This document shows, in pieces, positions 51,420 through 64,000 of a stretch of 64,000 nucleotides of DNA. The translations under genes were made by a program, and so were the position numbers. Source of the stretch: Cenococcum geophilum (Eukaryota). Below the pieces are notes generated by a model that saw nothing but the letters and a program-made list of their open reading frames with translations, made no database searches and was not told the DNA's origin. The stretch lies in NCBI GenBank assembly GCA_050273025.1, contig CP158636.1, positions 9,486,001-9,550,000 on the forward strand, written 5' to 3'. Within the stretch, counting starts at the first letter, position 1, and the number at the start of each line of letters is the position of its first letter.

Positions 51420-51755
51420 CTAAGACTAGAATACCGTATACCCTAAATATATATCGTGCGCAGGATATCGCAACCTAATATTAGATAAGAAGACTAGGAT
51501 AATATATACCCTAAACGCATTATACACAGAATATTATAACCTAATGTTAAAGAACGAGACTAGGATACCGCATACCCTAAACGCATTATGCGCAGGATAT
51601 CGCGACCCGACGTTAAAACAAGATTAGGATAACGCATACCTTAAACGCATATTATGCGCAGGATATTATAACCCGACGTTAGTATAGGCAGAAGGCTCGG
51701 ACACTGTATACCCCTAAACGCATACTTTATACAGTCGCATTGTAACCCAACTACG
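51420..51755. repeat. About 63-bp tandem repeat, 5 copies
   Basis: GACTAGGATACCGCATACCCTAAACGCATTATGCGCAGGATATCGCGACCCGACGTTA units. Confidence 0.85.
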
Positions 51756-52724
51756 TCTATACCTATACTACATTAAAAAGTTATAGGTTATGGGCCTTGT
51801 GGGCGGCCCTAGTGCTACTACACCGATAACCTAACGCCGGCGGACTAGAGCGTCTTGCTATTCTTACTAAGACTTTAACTAACCTATAGCGCTAGACCCT
51901 TAGCCTAGGCGACGGTCCCCTATGACAACCCTATAAGTTACCTTACTGCACTAGCTTTACGTAGAGCTTCGTGCTATAGTAAGTAGTAGTAGTAGCTACC
52001 TTAGCTAAAACGGCTTATAGAATACCCCTAAGTTACTAGTCTATCTATAAAGTATAAGGGACGCCTTTATACGCTTTATACGTAACTACCTAGGGGCAAG
52101 CTCTTACTGGTAATATAATTAAGGACTCCTAAGGCAATAAGGTTTAGCCTTACTAAGGACTTCTATAAATACCTAGGTAACTATAATGCCTACTAACGCT
52201 CTATTACGCCACTATATACCTTATAGTAAGCCGCAGCCTCTTAAGGCCCCCACCTAAGCCTAGCAGCATTATCTACTTAACTTTCTTACGGATTTTCCTA
52301 AGTATAAGATACCTCCTTATCCTTATAGACCGTTTTATAAACTAGTGTGCTACTACCTAGCCTTATAGCTAAAGCGTAAGCGAAAGGTAAGCGCTGCTGC
52401 TAAGATATAGCCTGTATTAAAGAAAGGTAGAGGATATAGGGATTAAGGAATAAGCTAATGCTTATAGTAAGAGTTACGGTATATATACGGGGCGAAGCTT
52501 AATTTATTAATATCCTACGTAAGCCATACTTTAACGCAACCCCGGTGACTTTCTAGCGACTCCCTAGTGACTTACTAGCGACTTATAGGCGGGGCTATAG
52601 CGTACAACAGTAATAAAGCTTAATTCGTTAATATACTATATATACTATAACCCTTTAAAAGTACTCTCCTAAGACCTAGTCCGTTACTCTATACTACCTT
52701 TATAGACTGTTTATACGTTAGGTA

Positions 52725-53115
52725 ATAGGTCCGTCTATAACTAGGGTTCTTTAACTAAGGTCTTTAACCCGCTAGTAACCTGCTAGTAGTAACCTACTAG
52801 TAGTAACCTATACTAATAACTTATACTAGATAGGTCCGTCTATAACTAGGGTTCTTTAACTAAGGTCTTTAACCCGCTAGTAACCTGCTAGTAGTAATCT
52901 ACTAGTAGTAACCTATACTAATAACTTATACTAGATAGGTCCGTCTATAACTAAGATCCTTTAACTAGGGTCTTTAACCCGCTAGTAACCTACTAGTAGT
53001 AACCTATACTAATGACTTATATTATCCTACACCCGTCTATAACTAGGGTCCTTTAACTAGGGTTTATAACCTACTAGTAACCTACTAGTAGTAACCTATA
53101 CTAATAACTTATACA
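52725..53115. repeat. About 90-106-bp tandem repeat, 4 copies
   Basis: CCGTCTATAACTAGGGTYCTTTAACTARGG...AACCTATACTAATAACTTATA units. Confidence 0.9.
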
Positions 53116-53182
53116 CTATTCTATATATACGCTACGTAGATAACGTATAAGGCTAAAATATAGGTTAGCGGCGGGTCTAATA

Positions 53183-53658
53183 TAGCGATGTGCACGACCA
53201 GCTTCTACCCCCCCTCTGGAAAAATATTATTTCGCTTTGGTACGCGAGCTCGCCAAATCGCCACCAACTATATATAGTAATTGTAGTGAATACATGTGCC
53301 TGCACGCAAGGACCTTTTAATAATTGCCCTAGAGAATTGCCTTGGTTAGCTAGGGGAAGGACGTACGCGCCCTCCCCTCCCCCTTAACTGCGCCCCCCCG
53401 CTATAGCCGCTAAAACGCGAATATAAAGCTATTCCTGCAATTACTAATAAAATTTAGCAATATTATACGGGTAAAAACCTTATGCACGATATTTAACAAA
53501 GATTATAACACTATAGAGGAAGGCTAATTGTAAAGTCTGCTAAAAGTAAAGTTCTTATAGCCAAGTATAGGCGTTTGCTATAATTTCTGGCGAGCCCGCG
53601 TACTAAAGCGAAAAAATATTTTTCCAGAGGGGGTGGAAGCTGGTTGTGCACATTGCTG
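53183..53658. mobile_element. MITE copy 2 (inverted relative to 47250-47724, RIP-mutated)
   Basis: Same TIRs and TA TSD. The empty-site version is visible in the sister repeat at 53764-53800 (GCGGCGGATTTAATAGGTATATAGCC). Confidence 0.92.
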
Positions 53659-55432
53659 TAGGTATATAGCCTTACTATCCTAATCTGGCTGTATGTAAAT
53701 AACCTATAACCTACCCACGAAGTATATATAGCGCTACGCTAGTATAGCGTAAGGCTAAAGCAGGGTTAGCGGCGGATTTAATAGGTATATAGCCTTACTG
53801 TTTACGAATCTGGCTGTATGTGAATAACCTATAACCTATCTATAAGGTATTAGCAACCTACCTATATAAGTAAGCTTTGGAATATTTCTGGTCTACCGAA
53901 TTTAGGCGATAGTATTAAGCTCCACTAGCTCCACCTATTAAATAGACTAATTAGGATTTTCTATACTAGGTACGCAAAATTGCTACTAGCTTAGCTAAAT
54001 ATGGGGGAGTTTTAGTAAGGCAAATCTAACTAATTAGATAACTTTAACCGCCGGTTAAAGTTCCTTAATATCTTCGCGCCGCGTATATATACCCATCTCT
54101 CTATACATAAAATTAAAATGCTCTTTCCCCTTTAAATTTTTTCCTTACTAAGGTTTTTTATGGGGTTTTATTAAGGCTTAAGTATATAAAGGATTGGGAA
54201 AGACCCTTTTTAAAGGGGGGGGCATTGTTAGGTAAAACCTAAGTAGATAGTTATATAGCCGCAAGGTATGGGCGACCCTAGGGCAACCCAGGGGTGACTC
54301 GCCCGTAAGGCACGTGCTCTGCATATACCTAGGGAAAACCCTTCCTACCTCGCATACAGACTCCTCCTTTTCCCTTAAGGATTCGTCTCTGTCTATACAA
54401 TATACCCATTATTCTATTATTAGACTCCCTATCCACATCCTTACCTTACATCTACCCTAAGAGGTAGGTGGTGTAAAGCTTTAAGGACTAACGATAATTA
54501 ACTATAAGATTTATACTGTTAGCAAGGCTTATAAAATTATATTAAGAAGAGCACTTACTAATAAGGCAACGAGGCCCTTCTACTAAGTATATATTAACCT
54601 ATTTCTAGAGATTATAGCGTATAACGGTTATAATTAGACGATATATTTATTTAATAAAATTTTATAGATAAATAAGGTAGAGACCTTTACCTAAAAGTTA
54701 TTAACGACATAAGCAATTATATAATATTTAAATAGGGTAAAGCGTTAATATAAATAGAAGATCGCGGTCATCTAAATTAATAGCAAAACCTCCCTTAGTG
54801 GCGACTTCTATAGTTAGATGGCCTAAGAAGGAATTACGGTAGAGCACTTAGCCCTATATATAAAGTCTTAAAACGGTTCTACTAAACGTTTTAGGGGAGT
54901 AATTATTATTAAGTCTCGTTATATGTGAATCGAAGCTTAATTACTAGAAGAGCTCTAGCTAAAGATTATTAGAGCTATAGCGTATTTAATTAATAGAATA
55001 CTAAACGCCTAGCTTAACTAGATAACACCTTTTAAAAAGCTTTAGTTAGCACTAGGGCTTTTACTATTAAAACTAAATATAGCTTATCTACGTGTATACG
55101 GCTGTAGAGCTTACCTACTTAAATATAACCTTCTATATACTTAAAAGCTTAAGCTAAAGGCTTATATTAGATACCTAGTTAGGTACTAGTTAATAAATAT
55201 CTTTAGGGTCTATATACCCAGTAAAAAGAAGGTAATTTAAATAAGAGATATAATATTTAATAAGCAATTACTCTATAATAACAGTTAGCCAGATCTTGCG
55301 AATTTACTCCGTAAACGCGCTAATCAAATTTTAGAGGTAATTAATGTATTATAAGTTAATAGGACGCTTTAGGAAGAGCTTAATAAAACGTTAGATAAGG
55401 ATAATAAGACTTTAGATAAGTGTAGCTAGAAG

Positions 55433-58167
55433 TGTTAAACACATCATGAGGGCGGCTAAGGCGCTAGTGGTAAGCGAGCCAATGGCGATTTTCCATGCTG
55501 GGCATGGAAAATTGTAATTGGTTGACAGAGGTTATAGGAGAACACGCGACAAGCCTTACCTCTCGCGATGCGTAGATCTTAGAGAATGAATTATCTATCT
55601 ATAACACCGTATAGTATATATTATTATAATATATATATTCTGCACGTTATAAAAGTCATACTAACACTAATTAGTAAGCGCGCACAGATTAGGAGATACG
55701 CACTTACTTAGAAGATGTTTACGCTCTACCTTATAAAGGCCCTATTTTAGTTAAAGAGAATTAAAGTACTCTAGATTTAGAAGATGTCTAACGCTCTACC
55801 TTACCCGGAAATACCTTAAATCTAACCTAGATTTAGAAGATGTTTAACGCTCTACCTTAACTAGAGACAGACTACTATACTAGTAGTTAACGTAATTACG
55901 TTAAAAACGCGACTGTACTAAGAACGCGACCACCCTAACTACTACTTAAATTGTCCCTTAAACGACCACTTAAACTATCCCCTAAACTATTCTATATATC
56001 TTTCTTATTTTTTTTTTTAAAAAATGGCTATACCTATAGATTGGAAGGTAAAAATAGAATAATAGAGGAACGGGATTAATATATAAACGGTAACTAGTAA
56101 AGACCTTATAGATTTTATACTATTTAAGTTATAGGAATATAACGAGTATAAGTTAATAGATAATGGACTTTAGTCCTCCTTCTAAGACGATTTTAAAATA
56201 TTTAGTATTAAAATATTTTTAAAAGTAAATATATAGTATCTTTAAAGCATATATACCTTCCTATAACACGGAGGAGTATATATACGCAACTATTATTTAA
56301 ATTAACCTAGGAAGAACGTTAATATTCCTAAACTTAAGAGAACTTAGATAAGGTATATAATAAGCTAGATAGAAACGGGTTTTAGTTAAATAAAATAAAT
56401 AATACACTTAAGCGCGGTCTTAACTATAAAGTATTATAAGACCTAATAGTTTGCATAACCCTATTTTAACTACAATAACTATTAAGTGTCTAAACTATAA
56501 CCCTACTATTATCTAGAGAAATACTAGTAGGACCTTTACTGTATATAACCCCACGACCCTAAACCGCTTCCCTCCTATAGATGCTAACTATACTAGGATA
56601 GGGTAAAGAGATTTCTAACGCAGTAAAGATGTATATAGAGGAACTTAAATATAATAGCATAAATAGCAGCTTTAATTATAAACTTACTATCTTTTATAGC
56701 ATCTATAGCTAATCTGATGTTCTATAAGAGGCTTATAATAAAGCTTTACTAATTATATTAATAGGTCTAGCCTTAAACCAGTACTTTAACAGCGGACTTA
56801 GTAATCTTTTATTTAAAGACGCTTATAGGCACCTTCGTAATTTCTTTAAAGGCCCTAGCTTAGAATATAAGAACCTTAGTAAATAGAATGCAATCTTATT
56901 AAGGATAATAATGGATAAGAATATAGATAAATTGACTAGTAATTACCTCCAAATATTAATTAATATACTCTCCTAACTATAGTATGGTCTTACCCCAGAA
57001 CTATAAATAATACTATTTTTGACTAATAAACTTGTTACGTTTTACTAGGGAATTCACGCATACCAATTTACTATATTAGACCCACCTTAAAAACTAGGCC
57101 CCCTTATTAACAAACTATAGTCTTTAATTATAGCTTATAAAAAACAGAACCCAGAGCAAGCTTAAACTTAAGCTTACTATATAGATCGTCGGTACTTTGG
57201 AAGAGAGAATAACTATAATTAGTATTAAAACTATAACTAATATTAAAACCGAACTTACGACTAAAACTATAACTACAACTACACCCGCCTTTATTTCTCT
57301 TTATATTATAAACCACGTTGCTTTATATATAATAAGGAAGGCTACTAATTATAGAACTATACCTAAGAAGAATAAGAAGAGTCTAAAGCTAAGTTTAGAA
57401 CCGCTAATAGAGATAAGTTTAGTAAATTTAACAACTAATTTAATAAACGACTTAATTAATATATTATAGACTATAAGGATAATAATATTAACTTAGAAGA
57501 AGAGCTTAAGGAAGCTTTCTAAGTACTAACTATTAACATAAATTATAAGGCAACTAACAAGAACTCTTAATAAGATATTAACCACTTCTATACCTCTTTT
57601 AGTTAAGTAGAATAGTATAAAGTAACTTTTATAGCTACTACCCTAGCTAATAAAGCCTTTAGCTATTTGGTTACAACTATAGATAATATAATACCTCTTA
57701 TAACTAATTAGGACCCCTTTACCTATAATATAACTATATCTACGTCCCGCTATACTATAGACTACTTTATAGGCATAATAATTAATATAGGAGCATCTAA
57801 ACGATCTATAGTAGGATATAGCCAATTCCTAGCATTCTAAAGACTTAATACCGGTATATAACTTAATACCACCATATAAGGCATAGTTAATATATAATTT
57901 AGCATCGGATTAACCTTATTAATTAGATTAACTAAAGTAACTACCCTAATTGGCATAATTAAGTTTTATATTATTAAAGTTAACACCCTATTTTTACTCT
58001 GCCTAGCAGATATAGATTAACTATAAGTATACTTTAACAACCTAAAAAATATGCTAATTACCCCTTAGAGCGAAGTACCAGTTATACATTACTTTAGCTA
58101 TTTATTTCTCCTTTAGAATATATCCCTATACAACTACTTAACTATATTATTTAATTAAAACCCTTAC
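55433..58167 (+). mobile_element. Copia-family element (5' LTR ~55433-55666, gag, protease), truncated by the next insertion
   Basis: LTR ends CTAACA followed by the family leader CTAATTAGTAAGCGCGC. gag MAIP... ~56024; II(D)(T)GASKRS and PFLLCLAD as in the element at 482-5181. Confidence 0.8.
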
Positions 58168-61100
58168 TGTTGGTTACACAAGGGGGATATTACGTAGCTA
58201 CGGTTTGTAGATAGTATAATAATTGTTCTGTTCTGTTTTCTTAAAGAAAGGGGTAAGGAACTTAAGGTTCCTTACCACGCTAGTGCCGCGGCGGCACGTG
58301 ATGGCAACTTGCCGCATGTAACGGCAACTTGCCACACGTGACGGCAATATGCCTCATATAGTGACTATTTGCCTTTATTCCCAACACTAGCAACTCTTTT
58401 TTTGTGGTTGCTATCTATATATATATACCGCTTAACTAGCGGAACAAAAATTAATCCTCCTTACTTACTATTGCTATTATAATATAAGTCTCGCTATCCC
58501 AAAATTTGCCTCTTAGCACGTAGTGCTTTCTTACTTATAAGTTATAGGTAGGTATCTTGTTAGTAGGGCCGCTAAGGCGCTAGCGGTAAGCGAGCTAATA
58601 GCGATTTTCCATCCTAGGGATAGAAAATCCTAATTGGCTGGTTTAAGTTAGGGTCTATAAAATCTAACTAATTAGATAACTTTAACTGCCGGTTAAAGTT
58701 CCTAGACATCTTAAGACCTTATATAACTAAGAAATTTCTAGGGACTCCCTTTTAACCTAACCTTTAACTCATATACGTAGAGTATTTATATTAATAAACG
58801 TCTCTAGTGCCTTATTTAGGTTTGCCTTTATTATTATATCTACCGGGTTATCTTAGCTATTAATCTATTAAATTTTAAAGAGTTCTTAACGCTTATAGGA
58901 TTGCTAAAGTGCCATAATATTAATTATAAGGCGCTTCTCCTTTATAGTACCAAGCTTAACTAAACACTTATAGAGGGAAAATAAATTAGTGCACACAATT
59001 ATAGGGATAACGGGAAGTTTAAGTTAATCTATAATTATCTTTAGAGTAGTTCCAATTACATTTACTATATTAACTCTGCTAACCATTCCATATATCTCTA
59101 ATACTAAAACACTTTAGGTAACGCGCTTGCTTTTAGTTAAGCTCCAATAAATAAGATTACCATAAATTGTAAAGTTATTCTCTCTAGTAAATTTATTCGC
59201 GATAATAATCTTATATCCCAACTAGGAGCTAAAATCTTTATTATTTATAAATAATCCATTAATAAATACAAAGAGCTTAGCGGTAAGAAGATTAATAGGC
59301 ATATAGAGTAGTCCCTAATTAAGATAGTTTATTTGCTAAAAAAGACGTTTATTTAGGGCAAGAATATTATCCTTAGTTAGTTCCTAGTATTAGGCGGCAA
59401 TAGAGAGATTAAATAAAGCCTTAGGTTAACAGATAGAAGTAATATAAGCTCTATAAGCGTATTGCTCCATATATCCTTACTTTAAGGAATTAACGTTAAT
59501 AACATTAATCTTCTTATCTTAACCCTTCTAGCGCAAAGCAATGGAATCCTTATTTAGGGAAAGGATGCATCCATTAAAGAGTAATAGTATTATTAAGTTA
59601 AGCTTTTCCTTTAGCTTTGCTATAAGATTTACCTTTACTAGCTTATCCTCTTTAAGAGCTAAGAATTAGTCGTCTCCTAAGATAATTATATTATTAGTTT
59701 ATATACCAATGATTCTAAATAGGGTTCCCGTGGTTATAATAAGGAAGTAGGGATTAAATATAGAAGTAGTTATTAAAAGCTTCTCTTTATAGTGCTTACT
59801 GTAGGTAGCCTACTAGTAAGTTCCTGCCTCTGCGATTCCATATAATAGCTTAAGCATAACCATGATTATGTCTTTAGGATACTGGTAGCGAATTTGCTCT
59901 AGAAGGTATGCTAATATTAAGCGCTAAAGGTGCGTCTCTAATTAGGTGTAGGCTTAAGTAATATCTTATAAATAAACTGCCATTTTATTCTTTATTAAGG
60001 AGGGAGCTAATATAATAATAACTCGCTAACTAGCTTATTAAATTATAGAAGATTATATAAGAATTATCTCTTTACCATTATTATTATAACCTTAGATAAT
60101 AAGCCTTAATTTCTTAAATGGGGCGTTAGTAGCTTTGCCCTTAATCTTATTAACTATTCTTAACTTAAAGATGCGAACTCCATCGAACTTAGTAGGGTTA
60201 TATTTCTTAAATTTAAAGACTCCTCTTATAATAAGACCGTTAATCTCCTGCTTATTAGATGCTTAAAAAGGAGCTTCTAGGGTTATAATACGACCTTCCT
60301 TTTAGAGCTGTTTTACGAGCTTAAAGTTAGCCTTCTCTTTAGCTGTTATAAAGGCCATTAATAACTTAACTTTATTCTTAATGGTGGCAATAAATTATTC
60401 TTTAAAATTAATAAGGTGTTGGCGATTTCGTAATCCCTTTAGGCGACCTCTACTGCGTCATAGTTATAGCGTATCTACTACAATTATATCGGGATCGTAG
60501 TCGCCTTCTAGAGTATATTAATCGTAGTTCTCTTCCAGGGCATCTTCTAAGGCATCCTATAAAGGCTTAAAATTATTATCTTTATAGTAAGGCTTAATAA
60601 TAGTTAAATAGAATTAGGTGGGTCTATAAGGCATCTAAATAGTATAAGTTTAACTATTAATTATAATAAGTTAATGTGGGCCTAACCATCCTCCCCTTTC
60701 ACGCCATACGCGTACTTTAGACTAGAGTAGCAGATCGAGCGCAGTTAAGGTATTTAGGCCATTTCTCATTCCTAGTACGTTATTAACCTAGCGTATAACA
60801 TAGAGGCGTCGCACCTCCTTTATTGCCTTATAAATTGCCTTAGCTTATTACACAATAAAGGAAGATAGTAGAGAATCGTTAGTTATTTATAGGTAGGCGC
60901 TAAAGACTAGCAATATAGGTATAAGTCTATCCGGGCCAGCAGAATTATTAACAGCTTTAACAGCTATTTGCAAGGTAAGTTCTTTACTAGCATCCTTTAG
61001 TTTTAAAGAGATAATCTTATATACGCGGCGTAATAGCGCGTAATATCGCTCTACTTTTCCAATACTATTATATACCTTAATAGGGACTTCCTTAACCTTA

Positions 61101-64000
61101 ATTGCTATTACCTTTATTTATTGTCGGAACTTTATAGATAAGAAGTTCTTTCCTATATTATAGATAATTTAATTAGGGGGTCCTAGGTAGACATTAATCC
61201 AGTATAACTAAAGGGTATCCTATACGTTCCTAGCTAATATATCCTTTAAGAATCGTACGGCTTAGAAGGAGGTTAAGAAGTTAATAACTTAGAGTACTAG
61301 CTTGCCGCTAAGGTATATAACATTAATAATAATACAGAAGTTAAAGTTATAGTTATCTTTAAGGGTAAACTTAAATCGGCTAGGGGACCTCTAGTTTATT
61401 TAGTAGTAGTAGTAGTATTTTATAAGATGCTTAATTGCCTTAACCTTAACTTCATAGCCTGCTTATTAAAGAACCCTAAGTAATTAGTAAACTAATAGGT
61501 AACTAAAACAACGGTATAGTTGGCGTAACTCTAACTTAGTTAAATAGCTCTAAGCAATACTCTTTTCTGGTTATTAAAGGAGCAGCTAAGGGTAACCCTA
61601 CTTATATATAATAGGCACCTAATTATCTCCCTACACGAGCATATTCTTAAGGTTATTAAGCTTAACGCCTAGTTTATTTATATCTTTAATGCAAAATAGA
61701 AACGGGGTATTCGTAGAAATAATATAAAAAGTGATATACCCTAAGGGGGTTTAAACCCTAATTATGCTAAAAGAGATTATAGTACCTTTGCCAAAATAAA
61801 TCGTATATTAGCCTACCGTTAAATAGTTAATCTAAATAGAGCTATTAAGCTGCTAAAGGGCTTAAACTTAAGGTTCTCCTACTATAGATACTCCTACGGC
61901 TTTAATATCCGGCATAATACCATAGAAGACGTTCGCTAAGTATCTATTATTAAAAAAAAACGCGGAGCTCTCCTTTAGCTCATTAAAGATATTTAACTTT
62001 ATAATAAAATGGAGTATAGATTAGTTATTAAGAACAGTAACGGTTTATATACCATTTACTTTACCGTACTTAGTAAAGTATTAGTTAGGTAAGTAGTCCT
62101 TAATTTCTATATCTATAAGGAGCTGTTTAGTCTTATTAACCTTACCCTTAAGGTCTTTTACGCCTTTATATTAAACTAGGAAGCTTTAAAAGTAGGCTAT
62201 AATAACCTTATAATTTCTAATATTTCTTATACTCTAACGGAACTTATTATATACCTCTTTTCGCTTATTAAGAGAGTGTCTAGTTAACTAGTAATTTGGC
62301 TTCTTACAAATATAGCACTTTTTCTAGCAATTACTTCGAAATAAACCTCTATAAGGACCTCTATAATTACCTTATAGTTAACATTAATTATACCCTTTGC
62401 CGTATTCCCTACCACGGCCGCTATATATTCAATCAGTCCAGTTATAATCATATTAGTTAGGAATACTTAGTTAGGTAAGGCTTTTAGTATAGAGCTATTA
62501 AGATTCTTATATTTATATCGCAGTACCTATAGCGGAGCGTAGCTTAGTATATACTCCTTTAAATATATCTATAGGTTTATATAGCGCCAAGTTGTACTTA
62601 GGAACGCTATAGCATACTAAAATAACCTAGTCCCTTAGGCTGTTCTTATTTTAGTAAGTTTTAGTAAGTCTATATTAGATTTTCTAGAGTTTATTAAAAA
62701 GTAGTTAAAGGCACTCTAAATAAGTCTTTATTAGGTTAGAAGCAATAACTCTCTAGAATATAGTCTCTCGCCATTTAGATATATAAAGTTGGCGATTCTT
62801 ATTAGTCTTAAAGTGGGCTCTAGTAAGCTAAAGCATTATATTAAAGCTATAGTTTTTACCTATAATATAGTTATAATAGAATATTACTGCCTATCCCTTT
62901 AATATAATAGAGAAAGCGTAGTAGTACTAGTAGTATTAAATTCTAACCTTATTATAACAGTTATAAAAGACCTATAGTTTTACTCTAAGTATATTATATA
63001 ATTCTCCTTTAAACTTCTTTTCTTTGTCTAAATATACCTTTATTAGATTCATAACTTCTTATAGTAAAGGGTTACCGGTTAGCTAAAGTAGAGGAGCTAG
63101 AGGCGGCGGAGGTAGAGGACGAGTACCTCTAGGTAGGAGAGCACTTTTAGGTAGGAGAGTAGTGTTTTAGGGGTTTTGTTCTAAATTAAAGTTGCCTTCT
63201 AAAGAATATAGGTTAGTTTTAGGTTTCTATAGTTAATATATAATCTTAGCTTCCGTCTATACTAGTTCTTCTATACTAGTAATAACGGCCTAAATATTGC
63301 TAGTAATTGGGTTACTATTCTTAGTAACGTATACCCTGTTCCTATAGAGGAAGTCTTAAAAATCCCAAATAATATTAACATTACTAAGTGCCTAGGTGTT
63401 AGCGGTCTATTCTACAAAATCCTCCCTAAAATATTCCCATAGCTGTATATCGGCGTAGTGTCTACTTTAGTAGAATATAATATAGTGTAGAAGAAAGCTA
63501 TTAACTTGTTTTACGGTATAAGTTATTATATTAAAGGTAAATTTATCCTAATTTTTATTAATAAGTTTCGCGTATAAAGCTACCCCTAGTAGTAAGGAGT
63601 CTTCCTAGTCGTTTAAAGTAGGCGTAGCCATGTTTTTGGAGGGAGGGAAGTGTTATTAGCGTAGGGATTATTATTTGGTACGCGTTTATAATATATATTT
63701 ATTATTTAGTACGCGTTTATAACATATATTTATAATTATAGGGCTTAGGACTAGTTCTAGCCTTAAATCGCGAAGACTTATAAAGCGTGTTATTCTGCGT
63801 AATAAACGCAAGAATCCGTAATCTTAAAAAGGCTTAGGACTAGTTCTGGCCTTTAGATCCTTAGATTTGTGGAAGAGTTCTATTTAAGGTTTAGGACCAG
63901 TTCTAACCTTAAAAAACAGCTTCCTTTAGCATGAGTAGCACTGGTATAGTAGCTTATCTCTTCTTAGTGGAATACCTAGCTGCTCTATAGTATAACAGTG
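58168..64000 (-). mobile_element. Autonomous-type Copia element (3' LTR 58168-58386; pol and gag; 5' LTR beyond the window), RIP-inactivated
   Basis: LTR homologous to 18586-18750 but with a 19-bp tandem expansion. Minus-strand motifs LQIAVKAVNNSAGPDRL, LYGIAEAGT and KRLI(I)N. Confidence 0.88.

Larger units (their letters stand above)
49839..54450 (+). mobile_element. Non-autonomous 4.6-kb LTR element (LARD-like; gag-like ORF only)
   Basis: LTRs at 49839-50064 and 54226-54450; TSD TCTAC (49834-49838, 54451-54455); PPT AAAGGGGGGGG. RIPped gag-like frame from ATG 50143 (MPPKIR); no pol motifs seen. Confidence 0.88.
47871..55432 (+). mobile_element. Ty1/Copia element (5' LTR 47871-48075, gag-PR-IN), split by nested insertions; 3' half not in the window
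   Basis: TGTCGAT...ATCGACA LTR with PBS GTTATAAGCCCGGG. gag WDEWI...VWEYVDP; (W)(H)KRLG(H) up to 49838, resuming at 54456 with CxxC and the integrase core. Related to the 38746-44100 element. Confidence 0.85.

Overview
Filamentous-ascomycete (Pezizomycotina-type) heterochromatic block. About 90% of it is AT/TpA-rich and mutated by RIP (repeat-induced point mutation), so most TE frames are broken by TAA/TAG. It is a nested stack: a full-length Gypsy chromovirus (8636-16664), several Copia elements, non-autonomous LTR derivatives, a solo LTR, a Tad1-like LINE, a LINE chimera, a non-autonomous non-LTR element and two Tc1/mariner-type MITEs. Many boundaries are fixed by visible target-site duplications (TSDs). 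In the left two-thirds these sit in an unidentified older scaffold marked by a recurring 23-bp motif. The only host-like gene lies in a GC-rich, largely un-RIPped island (45213-47018, minus strand): a HET domain fused directly to seven 126-bp WD40 repeats with no NACHT domain, the WD part being interrupted by stops/frameshifts. Main leads: this NACHT-less HET-WD locus; a 43-bp CCAAT-flanked dyad shared by different LTR elements with a compensatory change; two tandem retroinsertions at one target site; extra Cys/His modules and an antisense ORF in the Gypsy. All calls are by eye; no searches were run, and de-RIPped translations are reconstructions.
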